A stretch of 64,000 nt of DNA from Candidatus Campbellbacteria bacterium (GCA_024653945.1 JANLIT010000002.1:146508-210507); one strand, 5' to 3'. Shown: positions 18,812 through 29,119, counted from the first letter of the stretch. A program made the numbers and translations. The notes: generated by a model not told the origin, from the letters alone.

Positions 18812-19498
18812 ATGAGCGTGAGTGAGAAGGTTATCGTAGCCACAGACGAGCTTCCTCTCGGTGCGTGCTTGGATTTGGCGCGCGCCATCGGGCAACAGGT
18901 CTATGCGTTCAAGGTTCACAACCTGTACGATATGGACCCGTCCATCGTCACCCAGCTTCACAAGGCAGGTGCGCGACGCGTCTGGGTTGACGCGAAACTT
19001 CACGACATCCCGAACACGGTCAGGCTTCGTGCTCAGGCATTCGCCGACGCAGGTGCAGACATCATCACGGTGCATGCATCGGGTGGTATCGAAATGATGA
19101 TGGCCGCACTTCAGAGCGGTATTCCCGAGATCTTTGCGATTACGGTTCTCACCTCTCTCTCGGAAGAGGAGACGCATCTATTACATGGGCAGCCGTCCAA
19201 GGCGGCAGTGCTCTACCTCGCGCGCATGGCCAAGCTTGCCGGCATGCAAGGTGTTGTCTGTTCGCCGAAGGAAGTCGGCATTCTCTCCAAACGTCCCGAG
19301 CTCAAAGGTCTCACTCTCGTGACGCCGGGAGTTCGTTCCGTCGGTAAGGATGCCGGCGACCAACAGCGTGTTGATACGCCCCTCGCGGCACTCAACGCCG
19401 GTGCGTCCTACCTCGTTGTGGGTCGCCAACTCACAAAGGCGCCCGATCCTGTCGCCGCTCTCGCCCAGCTCGAAGAAGAGATCGCCGAGGTAATCTGA
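18812..19498 (+). CDS. pyrF: Orotidine-5'-phosphate decarboxylase
   Basis: 'DAKLHDIPNT', 'TVHASGG', 'VTPGVR', 'DQQRV', 'VVGR'. Confidence 0.97.
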   Translation: MSVSEKVIVATDELPLGACLDLARAIGQQVYAFKVHNLYDMDPSIVTQLHKAGARRVWVDAKLHDIPNTVRLRAQAFADAGADIITVHASGGIEMMMAALQSGIPEIFAITVLTSLSEEETHLLHGQPSKAAVLYLARMAKLAGMQGVVCSPKEVGILSKRPELKGLTLVTPGVRSVGKDAGDQQRVDTPLAALNAGASYLVVGRQLTKAPDPVAALAQLEEEIAEVI

Positions 19499-19603
19499 AG
19501 CTTTTTTGGTTCAAACCGTCCACCAACGAAAAGAAAAACCGTTGGGAGGGCGGTTTTTCTTTTTTAGACTATAAAAATAATTTTAGTCGGGTATACTTTT
19601 AGT

Positions 19604-19951
19604 ATGAACACAGTACTTCCTTTAGATGTCGTAGTACCGTTTATTGGATTTGTTCTCTTTTTTGTCGTACAAGCAACGGGCAAGACAAGCGAAAAAGCAC
19701 TAACGCTTACTGTGATATTTCTCAGCGGAGGTATTTTTGCATTGCATTACAACGTGGGTGAAATAGCACTTTTCCTACTCGGTCTTGCTTTTGGTTTGGT
19801 AATTGAGATTGGATTACGAAAACTTGGATCGCAACAGAAATGGTCACGTGCATCTCTATTTGGTATTCCATATTGGTTACCATTTGCATGGGGAATTGGA
19901 TTTGTCATTATTACTCGTGTTGGTATTTTTGTCCGCGCTTTCTTTTTGTAA
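19604..19951 (+). CDS. Small multi-TM hypothetical protein
   Basis: Four hydrophobic segments, 'GIPYWLPFAWG'. Confidence 0.65.
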   Translation: MNTVLPLDVVVPFIGFVLFFVVQATGKTSEKALTLTVIFLSGGIFALHYNVGEIALFLLGLAFGLVIEIGLRKLGSQQKWSRASLFGIPYWLPFAWGIGFVIITRVGIFVRAFFL

Positions 19952-20117
19952 AAACACTGAACTTTTGCAGAACAAAAGTTCAGGTACGGAATGAGTTTTG
20001 CTTCTCAAAAAACTCTCGCCTGCCTGCCGGCAGGCGGGGAGCCCGATGAGGGCGAGAGGGAGTGCTTTTTCAGTAGAAAAAGACACGTGTTTTTGGGAAG
20101 CAAAACGAATGTAGAGT
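19950..20117 (-). repeat. Structured repeat family B, copy A (carries an inserted 20-bp palindrome)
   Basis: Reverse complement aligns to 33388-33540 and 35328-35477. Confidence 0.8.
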
Positions 20118-20133
20118 TTTCCACAGCCATCCA

Positions 20134-20163
20134 TTGACAGGTGAACGACCGTTCACCTATACT
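20134..20163 (+). promoter_or_regulatory. Sigma70 promoter with GAAC-N4-GTTC (LexA/SOS-box-like) operator
   Basis: TTGACA 20134, palindrome aggtgaac-gacc-gttcacct 20139-20158, TATACT 20158. Confidence 0.8.
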
Positions 20164-20204
20164 TATAACCAACAAAAGGTTATAGGTAACTAACAATTAT
20201 TCAT

Positions 20205-20399
20205 ATGAAGTACCAAGACTACATACAATATATAGATAAAGAGATTGAGGCCCTTAACTGGACTATTGATGAAAAAATAATGCAAGGAATTTCGTATCGT
20301 TCTGAAGCAAAGAGACACAAAGAGCTGATACGGTGGGCACGACGCAATCGTCGTCCATCACTTTTTAAAAGACTTTCATCAGTCATGGCACTCTTTTAA
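20205..20399 (+). CDS. Small hypothetical protein co-transcribed with lexA
   Basis: 64-aa ORF; stop overlaps the lexA start (TAATG). Confidence 0.65.
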   Translation: MKYQDYIQYIDKEIEALNWTIDEKIMQGISYRSEAKRHKELIRWARRNRRPSLFKRLSSVMALF

Positions 20400-20971
20400 T
20401 GCTTACCGAGTACACACAAAAACTTCATTCGTTTTATGAAAAGAATAAACGAATGCCAACGTATACAGAGATGGCGAAGCTTTTCGGTTTTAAATCTAAA
20501 AACGCAGTTTTTAAAGTTGTTGAAAAACTTGTTGAAGCGGGTGCAGTAACCAAAGATTATCTCGGACGTCTCACACCAACAATGCTCTTTGGTGAAGTAA
20601 AAATGCTCGGCTTCATTGAGGCGGGTATTCCGTCACCAACAGAAGAACACGAATTTGATTCTCTTACGCTTGATGAGTGGCTCATCAACGATCACAATGC
20701 GACATTCATTCTTAAGGTAAAAGGGGACTCCATGGTGGACGCGGGAATTTTTGAAGGAGATTTCGTACTTGTTGAACGCACCGACACATGGAAGGTGGGG
20801 AATATTGTGGTTGCTGACATTGATGGGTTGTGGACACTCAAATATTTACGTCGTAATGCAGAGGGCTACTATCTCCAACCGGGAAACAAAAAATATCAGA
20901 ATATCTATCCCCAAGAGGAACTCAAAATTGGTGCAGTGGTCCGCTCGGTGATTCGACGGTACGAAAAATAG
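20399..20971 (+). CDS. lexA: LexA family repressor (S24 peptidase)
   Basis: N-terminal wHTH 'PTYTEMAKLFGFKSKNA', Ala-Gly site 'EAGIP', 'GDSM', 'TLK'. Confidence 0.9.
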   Translation: MLTEYTQKLHSFYEKNKRMPTYTEMAKLFGFKSKNAVFKVVEKLVEAGAVTKDYLGRLTPTMLFGEVKMLGFIEAGIPSPTEEHEFDSLTLDEWLINDHNATFILKVKGDSMVDAGIFEGDFVLVERTDTWKVGNIVVADIDGLWTLKYLRRNAEGYYLQPGNKKYQNIYPQEELKIGAVVRSVIRRYEK

Positions 20972-20999
20972 CCAAGCCCTCCACAAGACTCTAACAGGG

Positions 21000-21030
21000 T
21001 TGACACAGTATACCCCATGGGGGTATACTG
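21000..21030 (+). promoter_or_regulatory. Promoter with CsoR operator
   Basis: TTGACA 21000; cagtatacccc-atg-ggggtatactg C/G-tract palindrome overlapping TATACT. Confidence 0.85.
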
Positions 21031-21039
21031 CTTTTATAT

Positions 21040-21306
21040 ATGCATACACACATACATAAAAACGTTGAAAACCGTCTCAAACGTATTGAGGGGCAAGTTC
21101 GTGGTTTACAGAAAATGGTTGTAGAGGGTAAGTACTGTATTGATGTTATTACCCAATCATCGGCCATCAGAAATGCACTTGCCTCGGTGGAGGACTTAAT
21201 GTTGCAAAACCACTTGACGCAACACGTAGTGCACCAGATGAAACACGGCAAAGAAACGAAGGCGGCACAGGAGATTCTCAAAGTGTACAAACTCAAACGA
21301 AAATAA
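21040..21306 (+). CDS. csoR: CsoR/RcnR family copper-sensing repressor
   Basis: '[16 protein letters not shown]', 'YCIDVITQ', 'NHL..H'. Confidence 0.92.
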   Translation: MHTHIHKNVENRLKRIEGQVRGLQKMVVEGKYCIDVITQSSAIRNALASVEDLMLQNHLTQHVVHQMKHGKETKAAQEILKVYKLKRK

Positions 21307-21311
21307 TTTTT

Positions 21312-23669
21312 ATGGATACTACAAAAACATACAACATAAAAGGAATGCACTGTGCGTCATGCGCAGCAATTATTGAGAAAACCTTTAAGAAAACAGACGG
21401 TGTTACATCCGTACAAGTAAACTATGGCACAGAAACCGCAAAAGTTTCTTTCGATGAGTCAAAAACAAACCCAACAGATCTTTCAAAGAAGATAGAGCCA
21501 CTCGGATACTCTCTACGCTTGCCAGATAGCCCGAGTGTGAAAGAAACGAGTCCCGTTAGAGGCCGCGAAGACATGGAGCGGTCTTCTGACTCTAATGGGA
21601 TGGGAATGTCTGAGGATGAACATTCGGCACATCTCGGTCTTAATCAATCCAAAAAAGAGAAATTGGCAGAACTGGCTGACATGAAAAGTAAAATTATTTC
21701 AGTTATTCCACTTACCATCATCAGTACCATCATTTTAGTGTGGGATATTGTTGCGCGATTTAACTCAGGCGCCGCAATGCCGGAGTTTTGGAGTGAATTC
21801 TTTCACCACCTACTTCCTATAATGGCGACCTATACACTTTTTGTTGTAGGACAGCCATATCTTCTTGGTTTTTACAGATTTCTTCGTTATGGCAAAGCAA
21901 ACATGGATACGCTTATCGGTATTGGTACGTCCGTGGCGTTCCTCTACAGTTTTATTGTTACTGCGTTTGAAGAAACATTACGACCATTCATTAATGTAGA
22001 TAATACGTACTATGACGTTACCATTATTGTTATTGCCTTCATTGCATTTGGTAAATATCTTGAGGCGCGTTCAAAATTAAAGACAGGAGATGCGATTGAA
22101 AAACTTCTCAATTTGCAGGCAAAAACAGCACTCGTGATTCGTGATGGAAAAGAAATAGAGATTCCGGTGAATGAGGTGAAACACGGAGACGTACTTGTCG
22201 TAAAACCCGGCGCAAAAATTCCTGTTGACGGGACAATCATGGAAGGCTCTTCGTTTGTGGACGAGTCCATGGTGACAGGAGAGCCGATGCCTGCACAGAA
22301 AAAAGTGGGGGATAGTGTTGTTGCTGGAACCATTAATACCACAGGTTCATTTACATTCACCGCAACAAAAGTTGGCTCGGAGACACTGCTTGCTCAGATT
22401 ATTCACATGGTTGAAGAGGCACAGGGAAGCAAGGCACCGATTCAGGCACTCGCAGATAAGATATCTGGTGTCTTTGTCCCAATTGTGCTCGTTATTGCCT
22501 TCGTAACTCTGGGTACATGGCTTCTTGTGGGGACACAATACCTCGGATTCTCACAAGCACTTTCATTTGGGCTCGTGTCGTTCGTGGGAATTTTGGTGAT
22601 TGCGTGTCCGTGCGCACTAGGGCTCGCAACGCCGACGGCAATTATCGTTGGAGTGGGCAAAGGTGCAAAAGAAGGTATTCTTATTAAAGATGCAGCAACA
22701 TTAGAGAAATTACATAAGGTGGATACGGTTATTGTGGACAAAACAGGAACCATCACCATTGGAAAACCAACACTTGTTGATATTCAGAATTTCTCAAAAA
22801 TGTCAGATGATGAACTTGTATCACTTCTTGCATCACTTGAGAAAAAATCAGAACATCCTATTGCACACGCAATTGTGTCGTATGTACAAGATAAGGCTAT
22901 TAGTGTTGAAGATGCTTCAAATTTTGAAGGAATTCAAGGAAAGGGTGTGACGGCAACGGTCAAAGGAATTCAGTACTATGCGGGAAATGTAAAATTGATT
23001 TCAGACCTCGGCACTTCTTTTGATGCTTCAAAAATTGAAACGTTTACCGCGCAAGGAAAAACTCCAGTTATTCTTGCGACGAAAGAGAGCGTTCTCGGGT
23101 TTGTTATGGTTGCTGATGAAATAAAAATAGAATCAAAACAGGCAATTGCAGATCTTCACAAACTCGGAATCAAAGTGGTGATGCTCACCGGAGATGATGA
23201 GAAGGCGGCGAAATACATGGCATCTCTTGTTGGTATTGATGACGTGGTAGCACATGTGTTGCCACAGGACAAGTTGGCAAAAATAAAAGAATTGCAGTCG
23301 CGGGGACGTATTGTTGCTATGGCAGGAGATGGAGTGAATGACGCACCGGCACTTGCTCAAGCGGATGTTGGTATTGCGATGGGTACAGGAACTGATGTTG
23401 CCATAGAATCAGCAGGCATTACGCTTCTTGGTGGAGATATCTCAAAGCTAGTGAAAGCAATTAAGCTTTCAAAGATGACCATGTGGGGAATCAAGCAAAA
23501 CTTGTTCTGGGCGTTTATTTACAACATCGTTGGTATTCCACTTGCTGCAGGAGTATTTTATCCAGTTTTTGGATGGCTACTCTCTCCGGTGTTTGCTGGT
23601 TTTGCGATGGCAATGTCTTCAGTGTCTGTGGTATCAAATTCCTTACGAATTAAAACTAAAAAATTATAA
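21312..23669 (+). CDS. copA: Copper-translocating P1B-type ATPase
   Basis: HMA 'GMHCASC', 'TGE', '[10 protein letters not shown]', 'DKTGT', 'EHP', '[10 protein letters not shown]', 'YN', 'MAMSS'. Confidence 0.96.
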   Translation: MDTTKTYNIKGMHCASCAAIIEKTFKKTDGVTSVQVNYGTETAKVSFDESKTNPTDLSKKIEPLGYSLRLPDSPSVKETSPVRGREDMERSSDSNGMGMSEDEHSAHLGLNQSKKEKLAELADMKSKIISVIPLTIISTIILVWDIVARFNSGAAMPEFWSEFFHHLLPIMATYTLFVVGQPYLLGFYRFLRYGKANMDTLIGIGTSVAFLYSFIVTAFEETLRPFINVDNTYYDVTIIVIAFIAFGKYLEARSKLKTGDAIEKLLNLQAKTALVIRDGKEIEIPVNEVKHGDVLVVKPGAKIPVDGTIMEGSSFVDESMVTGEPMPAQKKVGDSVVAGTINTTGSFTFTATKVGSETLLAQIIHMVEEAQGSKAPIQALADKISGVFVPIVLVIAFVTLGTWLLVGTQYLGFSQALSFGLVSFVGILVIACPCALGLATPTAIIVGVGKGAKEGILIKDAATLEKLHKVDTVIVDKTGTITIGKPTLVDIQNFSKMSDDELVSLLASLEKKSEHPIAHAIVSYVQDKAISVEDASNFEGIQGKGVTATVKGIQYYAGNVKLISDLGTSFDASKIETFTAQGKTPVILATKESVLGFVMVADEIKIESKQAIADLHKLGIKVVMLTGDDEKAAKYMASLVGIDDVVAHVLPQDKLAKIKELQSRGRIVAMAGDGVNDAPALAQADVGIAMGTGTDVAIESAGITLLGGDISKLVKAIKLSKMTMWGIKQNLFWAFIYNIVGIPLAAGVFYPVFGWLLSPVFAGFAMAMSSVSVVSNSLRIKTKKL

Positions 23670-23682
23670 GTAATTAAAAAAT

Positions 23683-24306
23683 ATGAATAATAAAATTATT
23701 TTTGGAATCGGAGGAATCATTGCCGGCCTCCTGCTGGCGTTCATTCTTACACCTGGGGGTTTTTTCGGGTACCGTACCGCAGGATTTAGAATGATGGGCT
23801 TTGATACTGAAGGCGTAGGGAATACCCAAGTGATGAATGGTATTGATAGACATTTTATTGAACAGATGATACCGCACCACGAGGGAGCCATAGCAATGGC
23901 TACCCTTGCACTACAAAAGGCAGTGCATCCAGAAATTAAAACATTGGCGCAGGCAATCCTTGTGGCCCAAACAAAAGAAAATGTAGATATGAGAGTATGG
24001 TACGGAGAGTGGTTCGGTACAGATGCCCCCGAGAACACCCTTTCCATGATGGGGGGGATGATGTCACAAAGAGGAATGCATATGGGTGGGCAGGAAGATA
24101 TAAACAAACTGAACACTGCCGCAGATTTTGACAAGGAGTTTATTGAACAGATGATACCGCACCACCAAATGGCAATTATGATGGCACAGATGCTAAAAGC
24201 TGGGACCAGCAGACTGGAAATGTTAACTCTTGCAAATAATATTACCGAATCGCAGTCAAAAGAAATAGAACAAATGGAAAGTTGGTATAAGAGTTGGTAT
24301 AAGTAA
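23683..24306 (+). CDS. DUF305 (CopM-like, ferritin-like) metal-binding protein
   Basis: Two 'FIEQMIPHH..AI.MA' repeats. Confidence 0.92.
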   Translation: MNNKIIFGIGGIIAGLLLAFILTPGGFFGYRTAGFRMMGFDTEGVGNTQVMNGIDRHFIEQMIPHHEGAIAMATLALQKAVHPEIKTLAQAILVAQTKENVDMRVWYGEWFGTDAPENTLSMMGGMMSQRGMHMGGQEDINKLNTAADFDKEFIEQMIPHHQMAIMMAQMLKAGTSRLEMLTLANNITESQSKEIEQMESWYKSWYK

Positions 24307-24349
24307 AATTATATAAGTTAAGATTATTAGATTAATTAAAGAACTTATT

Positions 24350-24571
24350 ATGAAACTATCTAAATTAATGCATGTCGTCAGTGTTATCGTGGGGTTTGTC
24401 GGAATCATAGTGTTTGCAGGTGCCATTCTAGGTGGGTCGGATAATTTGGTTTTTGGAATTACAAAAGTGGGTGCTCTACTCTGTGCCGGAATTCTTATTC
24501 TTATAGCAATTTGGTTTGCGATTGCAACAATTCATCACACGATGCTTGAGAAGCGAGGAGGAATTGTTTAA
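24350..24571 (+). CDS. Small two-TM protein
   Basis: Hydrophobic; in the copper operon. Confidence 0.65.
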   Translation: MKLSKLMHVVSVIVGFVGIIVFAGAILGGSDNLVFGITKVGALLCAGILILIAIWFAIATIHHTMLEKRGGIV

Positions 24572-24589
24572 TAGATTAATAAAAATTAT

Positions 24590-24853
24590 ATGGAACTATC
24601 ATTAAAAAAATATGGTTGGAAATGTGTACTTGGCTCGGAGGTTATCTACGTTATTTGTCTTCTTGGGGGGTATATTCCATGGCGTTCAGAAGTAGCCACC
24701 GAATTACACCACCGTTTGTTTGAAACTCTCCCCGGTTTTGTGTGGGGAAATTCTAGCAGTATTGTTCTTGGTGCGGTGTATATGTTTGTCTTTGCTTGGA
24801 TATTTGGGAGTTATATGGTCTGGATGCACAATTCAAGTTTAAAGAAGAGCTAG
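24590..24853 (+). CDS. Small membrane protein (DUF5676-like)
   Basis: 'YVIC', 'LHH', 'PGF.W', 'HN'. Confidence 0.65.
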   Translation: MELSLKKYGWKCVLGSEVIYVICLLGGYIPWRSEVATELHHRLFETLPGFVWGNSSSIVLGAVYMFVFAWIFGSYMVWMHNSSLKKS

Positions 24854-24862
24854 AGTACCCGC

Positions 24863-24891
24863 TTGACTACTATACCCCGTGGGGGTATAAT
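24863..24891 (+). promoter_or_regulatory. Second promoter with CsoR operator
   Basis: TTGACT-17-TATAAT with tatacccc-gtg-ggggtata. Confidence 0.85.
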
Positions 24892-24912
24892 GAACTTCAA
24901 TATGAATATGAA

Positions 24913-25332
24913 ATGAATATGAATTCTCTGTTTAAAAAAAATATAGCCATCATTGTTCTGGTAGTATTTTCAATGCTGGTTCTTTTCAGTTTTGGTGTGG
25001 TGGCACATGAGTCGGGGAAACAAATGACGGGCGACTGCCCCTTCTCAACGGCGGGAGCCACCATTTGTCCACAAGATGTACTTTCGGTGGCCATTCACCA
25101 CATCTCTGCGTATAATTCGTTTTTTAATGTACCAACAAGTTTTGGATTGACCGCACTCATTATTTCTGTGTTGTCGGTAATCGCCACTCTGTTTGTTATT
25201 TCCCCGCGGTTACAGCTACCGAGTCGATTGGTTTTTGCCCATACTGTACACACCTCTCCCACAGTCAATTCATATACTAGGAAAATAATTCAGTGGCTGT
25301 CTCTTTTTGAAAATAGCCCCTCCCGCACCTAA
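24913..25332 (+). CDS. Cys/His membrane protein, possible regulatory leader (DUF2946-like)
   Basis: TM, 'CPF..ICP..HHIS', C-terminal 'WLSLFENSPS', followed by a hairpin. Confidence 0.6.
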   Translation: MNMNSLFKKNIAIIVLVVFSMLVLFSFGVVAHESGKQMTGDCPFSTAGATICPQDVLSVAIHHISAYNSFFNVPTSFGLTALIISVLSVIATLFVISPRLQLPSRLVFAHTVHTSPTVNSYTRKIIQWLSLFENSPSRT

Positions 25333-25430
25333 AAGCACTTAAAAAGTCTAGCTTTTTAAGTGCTTTCGACTCGCGCATGCATCGCGGGTTTTTGTATTAC
25401 AAAATACTACTCACTTCTAATCTACAAATT

Positions 25431-25946
25431 ATGAAACCACAAACAGTTATTATCACAGTCCTTGCATTCGCCACTGTTATAGGTCTTCTTGTTGTCGGCT
25501 ATAACAAAAACGGAAACGCAGCAGCATCTGTACAAGGTGTGTCAGCGGTTACAGGAGAAAGTGGACTCACTGTGTCTGAAACCCTCTATGATTTTGGCAC
25601 AATATCCATGAAAAATGGAAACGTAACAAAAGATTTCACACTTACTAACCCGACCGATGCAGATATTATGGTTGGTCGTGTTGAAACGTCATGTATGTGT
25701 ACAGCTGCATATATTGTTGAACCGGATGGAACCAACAAGGGACCGTTTGGTATGCCGGGACACGGAGGTGCGGTTCCTCCAGCAAATGAAATAATCCCAG
25801 CAGGAGAAAGTCGCATCATTCGTGTTGTGTATGACCCAAATGCTCACGGTCCAGCAGGTGTTGGAAAAATTGACCGTTTCATTACCATCACAGATTCTGC
25901 AAACCAATCTATTCGTATTGAAGTTAAAGCTGTAGTAACCCCATAG
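25431..25946 (+). CDS. DUF1573 Ig-like protein
   Basis: 'YDFGTI', 'TSCMCT', 'IPAGES'. Confidence 0.85.
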   Translation: MKPQTVIITVLAFATVIGLLVVGYNKNGNAAASVQGVSAVTGESGLTVSETLYDFGTISMKNGNVTKDFTLTNPTDADIMVGRVETSCMCTAAYIVEPDGTNKGPFGMPGHGGAVPPANEIIPAGESRIIRVVYDPNAHGPAGVGKIDRFITITDSANQSIRIEVKAVVTP

Positions 25947-25950
25947 TCAT

Positions 25951-26730
25951 ATGAAAAAACTTATTATTAGTATTGGGGTGGTGCTCATCGCACTTAGTGC
26001 GGTTGTTGTTCTGAAGTACAGTCCCGGATTCTCAACATTCCTATGGAACGCGAGCAATGGCGGTGTCTGGCTCCTGCCTCTTGTTGGTTTTTCGGCGCTT
26101 CTTGACAGTGTGCATCCGTGCTCATTCTCGATTTTGCTCATCACTATTGCGTTTCTCTTTGGTCTACAAATGACCAGAAAGAAAATTCTCCAGATTGGTG
26201 GATTCTACATTGCTGGAATCTTTGCCGCGTACTTTACGATTGGCATCGGTATCTTGAAGGTCATCCACATCTTCAATGTGCCGCACTTTATGGGGAAACT
26301 TGGGGCAGCGCTCCTTATTATCTTCGGAATACTCAACCTCCTCGGCGCGCTCTTTCCGAAGTTCCCTATAAAACTCAAACTTCCTGACGCTGCGCACGGG
26401 GCGATGAGTAAACTTATTAACACCGTCTCCGTGCCAGCAGTGTTTGCTCTCGGATTACTAGTTGGACTCTGTCAGTTTCCATGTATGGGTGGTCCGTACC
26501 TTATGGTTATTGGTCTTCTGCATGACCAAGTTACCTACTTCTCAGGTCTTGGATATCTCCTCCTCTACAATGTGATTCTCGTTGTACCACTTGTAGCGAC
26601 CCTTTGGATTGCTGCAAATCCAACACTTATCGACAAAATTATGCTGTGGAAAAAAACCCAAATGAAAGACGTTCATCTGTGGGCGGGTATTGCAATGATT
26701 ATTATCGGCATCCTAGTACTTTTCATCTAA
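25951..26730 (+). CDS. CcdA/DsbD-like transmembrane protein
   Basis: 'DSVHPCSF', 'FPCMGGPY', 'YN'. Confidence 0.82.
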   Translation: MKKLIISIGVVLIALSAVVVLKYSPGFSTFLWNASNGGVWLLPLVGFSALLDSVHPCSFSILLITIAFLFGLQMTRKKILQIGGFYIAGIFAAYFTIGIGILKVIHIFNVPHFMGKLGAALLIIFGILNLLGALFPKFPIKLKLPDAAHGAMSKLINTVSVPAVFALGLLVGLCQFPCMGGPYLMVIGLLHDQVTYFSGLGYLLLYNVILVVPLVATLWIAANPTLIDKIMLWKKTQMKDVHLWAGIAMIIIGILVLFI

Positions 26731-26731
26731 T

Positions 26732-27121
26732 ATGACATTTCTCAAGAAAGTCTGTCCGGTGTGCACGCTCGTAGCTCTCACATGGCTTTCAATGTTTGTG
26801 TTCAAGGTACTTGGGTATGCCGTTAATAATGAGCTCCTTGCGATGCTCATGGGCGGTAGTGTGGTTGGTATCTCGTACACACTTGCCGCACGACTGCGAC
26901 CTGTCTTTCATAAACCAGTGACGATGTATTGGAAGCTCATTACAATCCCTCTCGGGTTTATAGCCATGTATGCGACTTTACAGTTTATGTGGTGGTATAC
27001 CGTCGGGGCAGTAGGTATATACGCTCTTGTGTGGGCGGTTTTCAACGGTATGTTTACCGCAACGGAGAAGGGGGAACATTTAGAAGACATTACTAAAGCA
27101 TTAGATACGTGTTGTGAATAA
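26732..27121 (+). CDS. Membrane protein with CPVC and terminal CC
   Basis: ORF in the copper operon. Confidence 0.65.
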   Translation: MTFLKKVCPVCTLVALTWLSMFVFKVLGYAVNNELLAMLMGGSVVGISYTLAARLRPVFHKPVTMYWKLITIPLGFIAMYATLQFMWWYTVGAVGIYALVWAVFNGMFTATEKGEHLEDITKALDTCCE

Positions 27122-27125
27122 TTAT

Positions 27126-28070
27126 ATGGAAGAAACAAAATACACAGAAGAAACTATAGTAAACAATCCAGCACCTCGCAGTGGTTCAAATCCAATACCA
27201 CTCGCAATTCTTGTTGCTGGAGTTCTTATCGCTGGTGCAATGTGGTTCAGAGGTACTGGTGGAGTGGGTCAACTTCAGGCGACAGGTGACAAAGAAGTAA
27301 ACAGTCAAGTGTTGGCTTTTGAAGAGTCAATTATTCCATCGGAAGGTGTTGTCTTACCAGCAACGTGGGGTGATCTTGGAGCAAAACTTGTCAGTGTTGG
27401 TGCAATTGATGTTGAAAAATTAAAGACAACCTATGATCAGAGGGGCGCACTTCCAGAGGGATTTAATAAACTTCTCCTTGAACAAAACAATGGCAAGTTA
27501 AAAATAACTCGTGAGAATTCCGCCTATCTTCTCAATCTCTTATGGGCGCTCGGGCTTGCAAGCGATAATTCTATTTTGGAATCAGGAGAAATGTCTGACC
27601 CGAAGTATGGTGGTGCACAAAACTTTACTTCAACCGCTGGTTGGACAATTGCACAAGGTAACCCAATGGACCACTACAGCAAACATAGATTCTTCAATCT
27701 CACACCAGAGCAACAGGCACTCGTAGACAAAGTATCGCGGGGCATATTCCGTCCATGCTGTGGAAACTCCACACATTTTCCTGACTGCAATCACGGCATG
27801 GCGATGCTCGGCCTTCTTGAACTGATGGCATCACAAGGTGTGAGTGAAGAAGACATGTACAAAGCAGCTCTTGCAGTCAATTCGTACTGGTTTCCTGATA
27901 CCTATCGTACCATTGCGACATACATGAAAAACAAAGGTATCGCATGGGCGAATGTGTCTCCATCAGAAGTGCTTGGTGCACAATACTCGAGTGGTACGGG
28001 ATACGCAAAAATTAAGGCACAAGTTACACAACCACAACAGCAACAAGGTGGAGGTGGGTGTAGTGTGTAG
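27126..28070 (+). CDS. Exported Cys-rich hypothetical protein
   Basis: TM; 'RPCCGNSTHFPDCNHG'; C-terminal 'GGGGCSV'. Confidence 0.75.
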   Translation: MEETKYTEETIVNNPAPRSGSNPIPLAILVAGVLIAGAMWFRGTGGVGQLQATGDKEVNSQVLAFEESIIPSEGVVLPATWGDLGAKLVSVGAIDVEKLKTTYDQRGALPEGFNKLLLEQNNGKLKITRENSAYLLNLLWALGLASDNSILESGEMSDPKYGGAQNFTSTAGWTIAQGNPMDHYSKHRFFNLTPEQQALVDKVSRGIFRPCCGNSTHFPDCNHGMAMLGLLELMASQGVSEEDMYKAALAVNSYWFPDTYRTIATYMKNKGIAWANVSPSEVLGAQYSSGTGYAKIKAQVTQPQQQQGGGGCSV

Positions 28071-28155
28071 TTTGCTTAAAAAGCAACCATTGCACGTTGT
28101 AAAAAGTTGGATATCCAACAAAAACTTCTTACCAATAATATAGTGCTCTATACCT

Positions 28156-28443
28156 ATGCATATTCACGATGAAAAAAATAATAGTGGCATGATGTGGATG
28201 ATGGTGCTCTGTTGTGTTCTACCACTTCTTCTTATAGTGATTTTTGGTGCGGGTGGAAAAGCAATCGGTGCTCCAACGTGGTTTATTTTTGGTGGAATTA
28301 TAGTGATGGTGGTGATTCACTTCGTTATGATGAGAAAATCACACAAACATTCTGATGAACAGCATGAAGTAACTGATACAAACAACAAGAAGCAAGATAC
28401 CAAAAACGATGCGGGTCATTCTGGACACAGCTGCTGTCACTAA
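28156..28443 (+). CDS. His/Cys/Met-rich small membrane protein (DUF2933-like)
   Basis: 'MMWMMVLCC', 'HFVMMR', 'HSGHSCCH'. Confidence 0.7.
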   Translation: MHIHDEKNNSGMMWMMVLCCVLPLLLIVIFGAGGKAIGAPTWFIFGGIIVMVVIHFVMMRKSHKHSDEQHEVTDTNNKKQDTKNDAGHSGHSCCH

Positions 28444-28464
28444 TAGTTGTTAAAAACAAATACT

Positions 28465-28668
28465 ATGGAAAACAGAGTTAAATCACTAATTAAAAAGCTG
28501 AGTAGATTTGGGTTTAGTGTAAAAGAAAAAGATCGTATTGATCCTGTGTGTGGAATGAAATCAACAAGCGATTTATTTGAGAGCGACTATCGGGGTAAAA
28601 TATATTATTTTTGTTCCGAACACTGTAAAAACCAATTCGATGGCAATCCAAGCACGTATGTAAAATGA
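28465..28668 (+). CDS. YHS domain protein
   Basis: 'DPVCGM', 'YYFCSEHC..F..NP..Y'. Confidence 0.92.
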   Translation: MENRVKSLIKKLSRFGFSVKEKDRIDPVCGMKSTSDLFESDYRGKIYYFCSEHCKNQFDGNPSTYVK

Positions 28669-28669
28669 C

Positions 28670-29119
28670 ATGGACAAAAAACAGAAGTCAAAAACCTATC
28701 TGTTCGCCATTAGTGCGACCGCCGTACTCCTGCTTGTCTATATAGGTGTAGTTACAGCGGTATCTGGATGGAAATTTGCCCAAGATCAATTTGGAAATTA
28801 CTGGTACTTTCTGGTCAGTTTAGCGGGTGGTTTCGGAGTCCAAGTTGGGTTGTACTCATATCTCAAACAGCTCGTGACAAATGGCGGTATGGTTGTAGGG
28901 GGTAAGATAATGGCTACGACAGGGACAACCTCCACACTCACAATGATTTCTTGCTGTGCACATTATCTAGCAAACATAGTACCAATACTTGGGATTGCGG
29001 GGGTGTTGTCTACCATCGCTCAATATCAAGTTGAGTTTTTCTGGGTTGGGCTTGCTTTCAACGCGCTTGGCATTGTCTTTATTAGCAATAAAATAATTAC
29101 ATACAAAAGACGCGTATGA
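28670..29119 (+). CDS. Membrane protein with CCAH motif
   Basis: 'MISCCAHY'; four TM. Confidence 0.75.
   Translation: MDKKQKSKTYLFAISATAVLLLVYIGVVTAVSGWKFAQDQFGNYWYFLVSLAGGFGVQVGLYSYLKQLVTNGGMVVGGKIMATTGTTSTLTMISCCAHYLANIVPILGIAGVLSTIAQYQVEFFWVGLAFNALGIVFISNKIITYKRRV

Noticed and set aside
23854-24165. Exact ~27-nt direct repeat (tttattgaacagatgataccgcaccac) in the DUF305 gene
   Set aside because: Explained by the internal two-fold repeat (FIEQMIPHH) of the domain; no sign of an att site.
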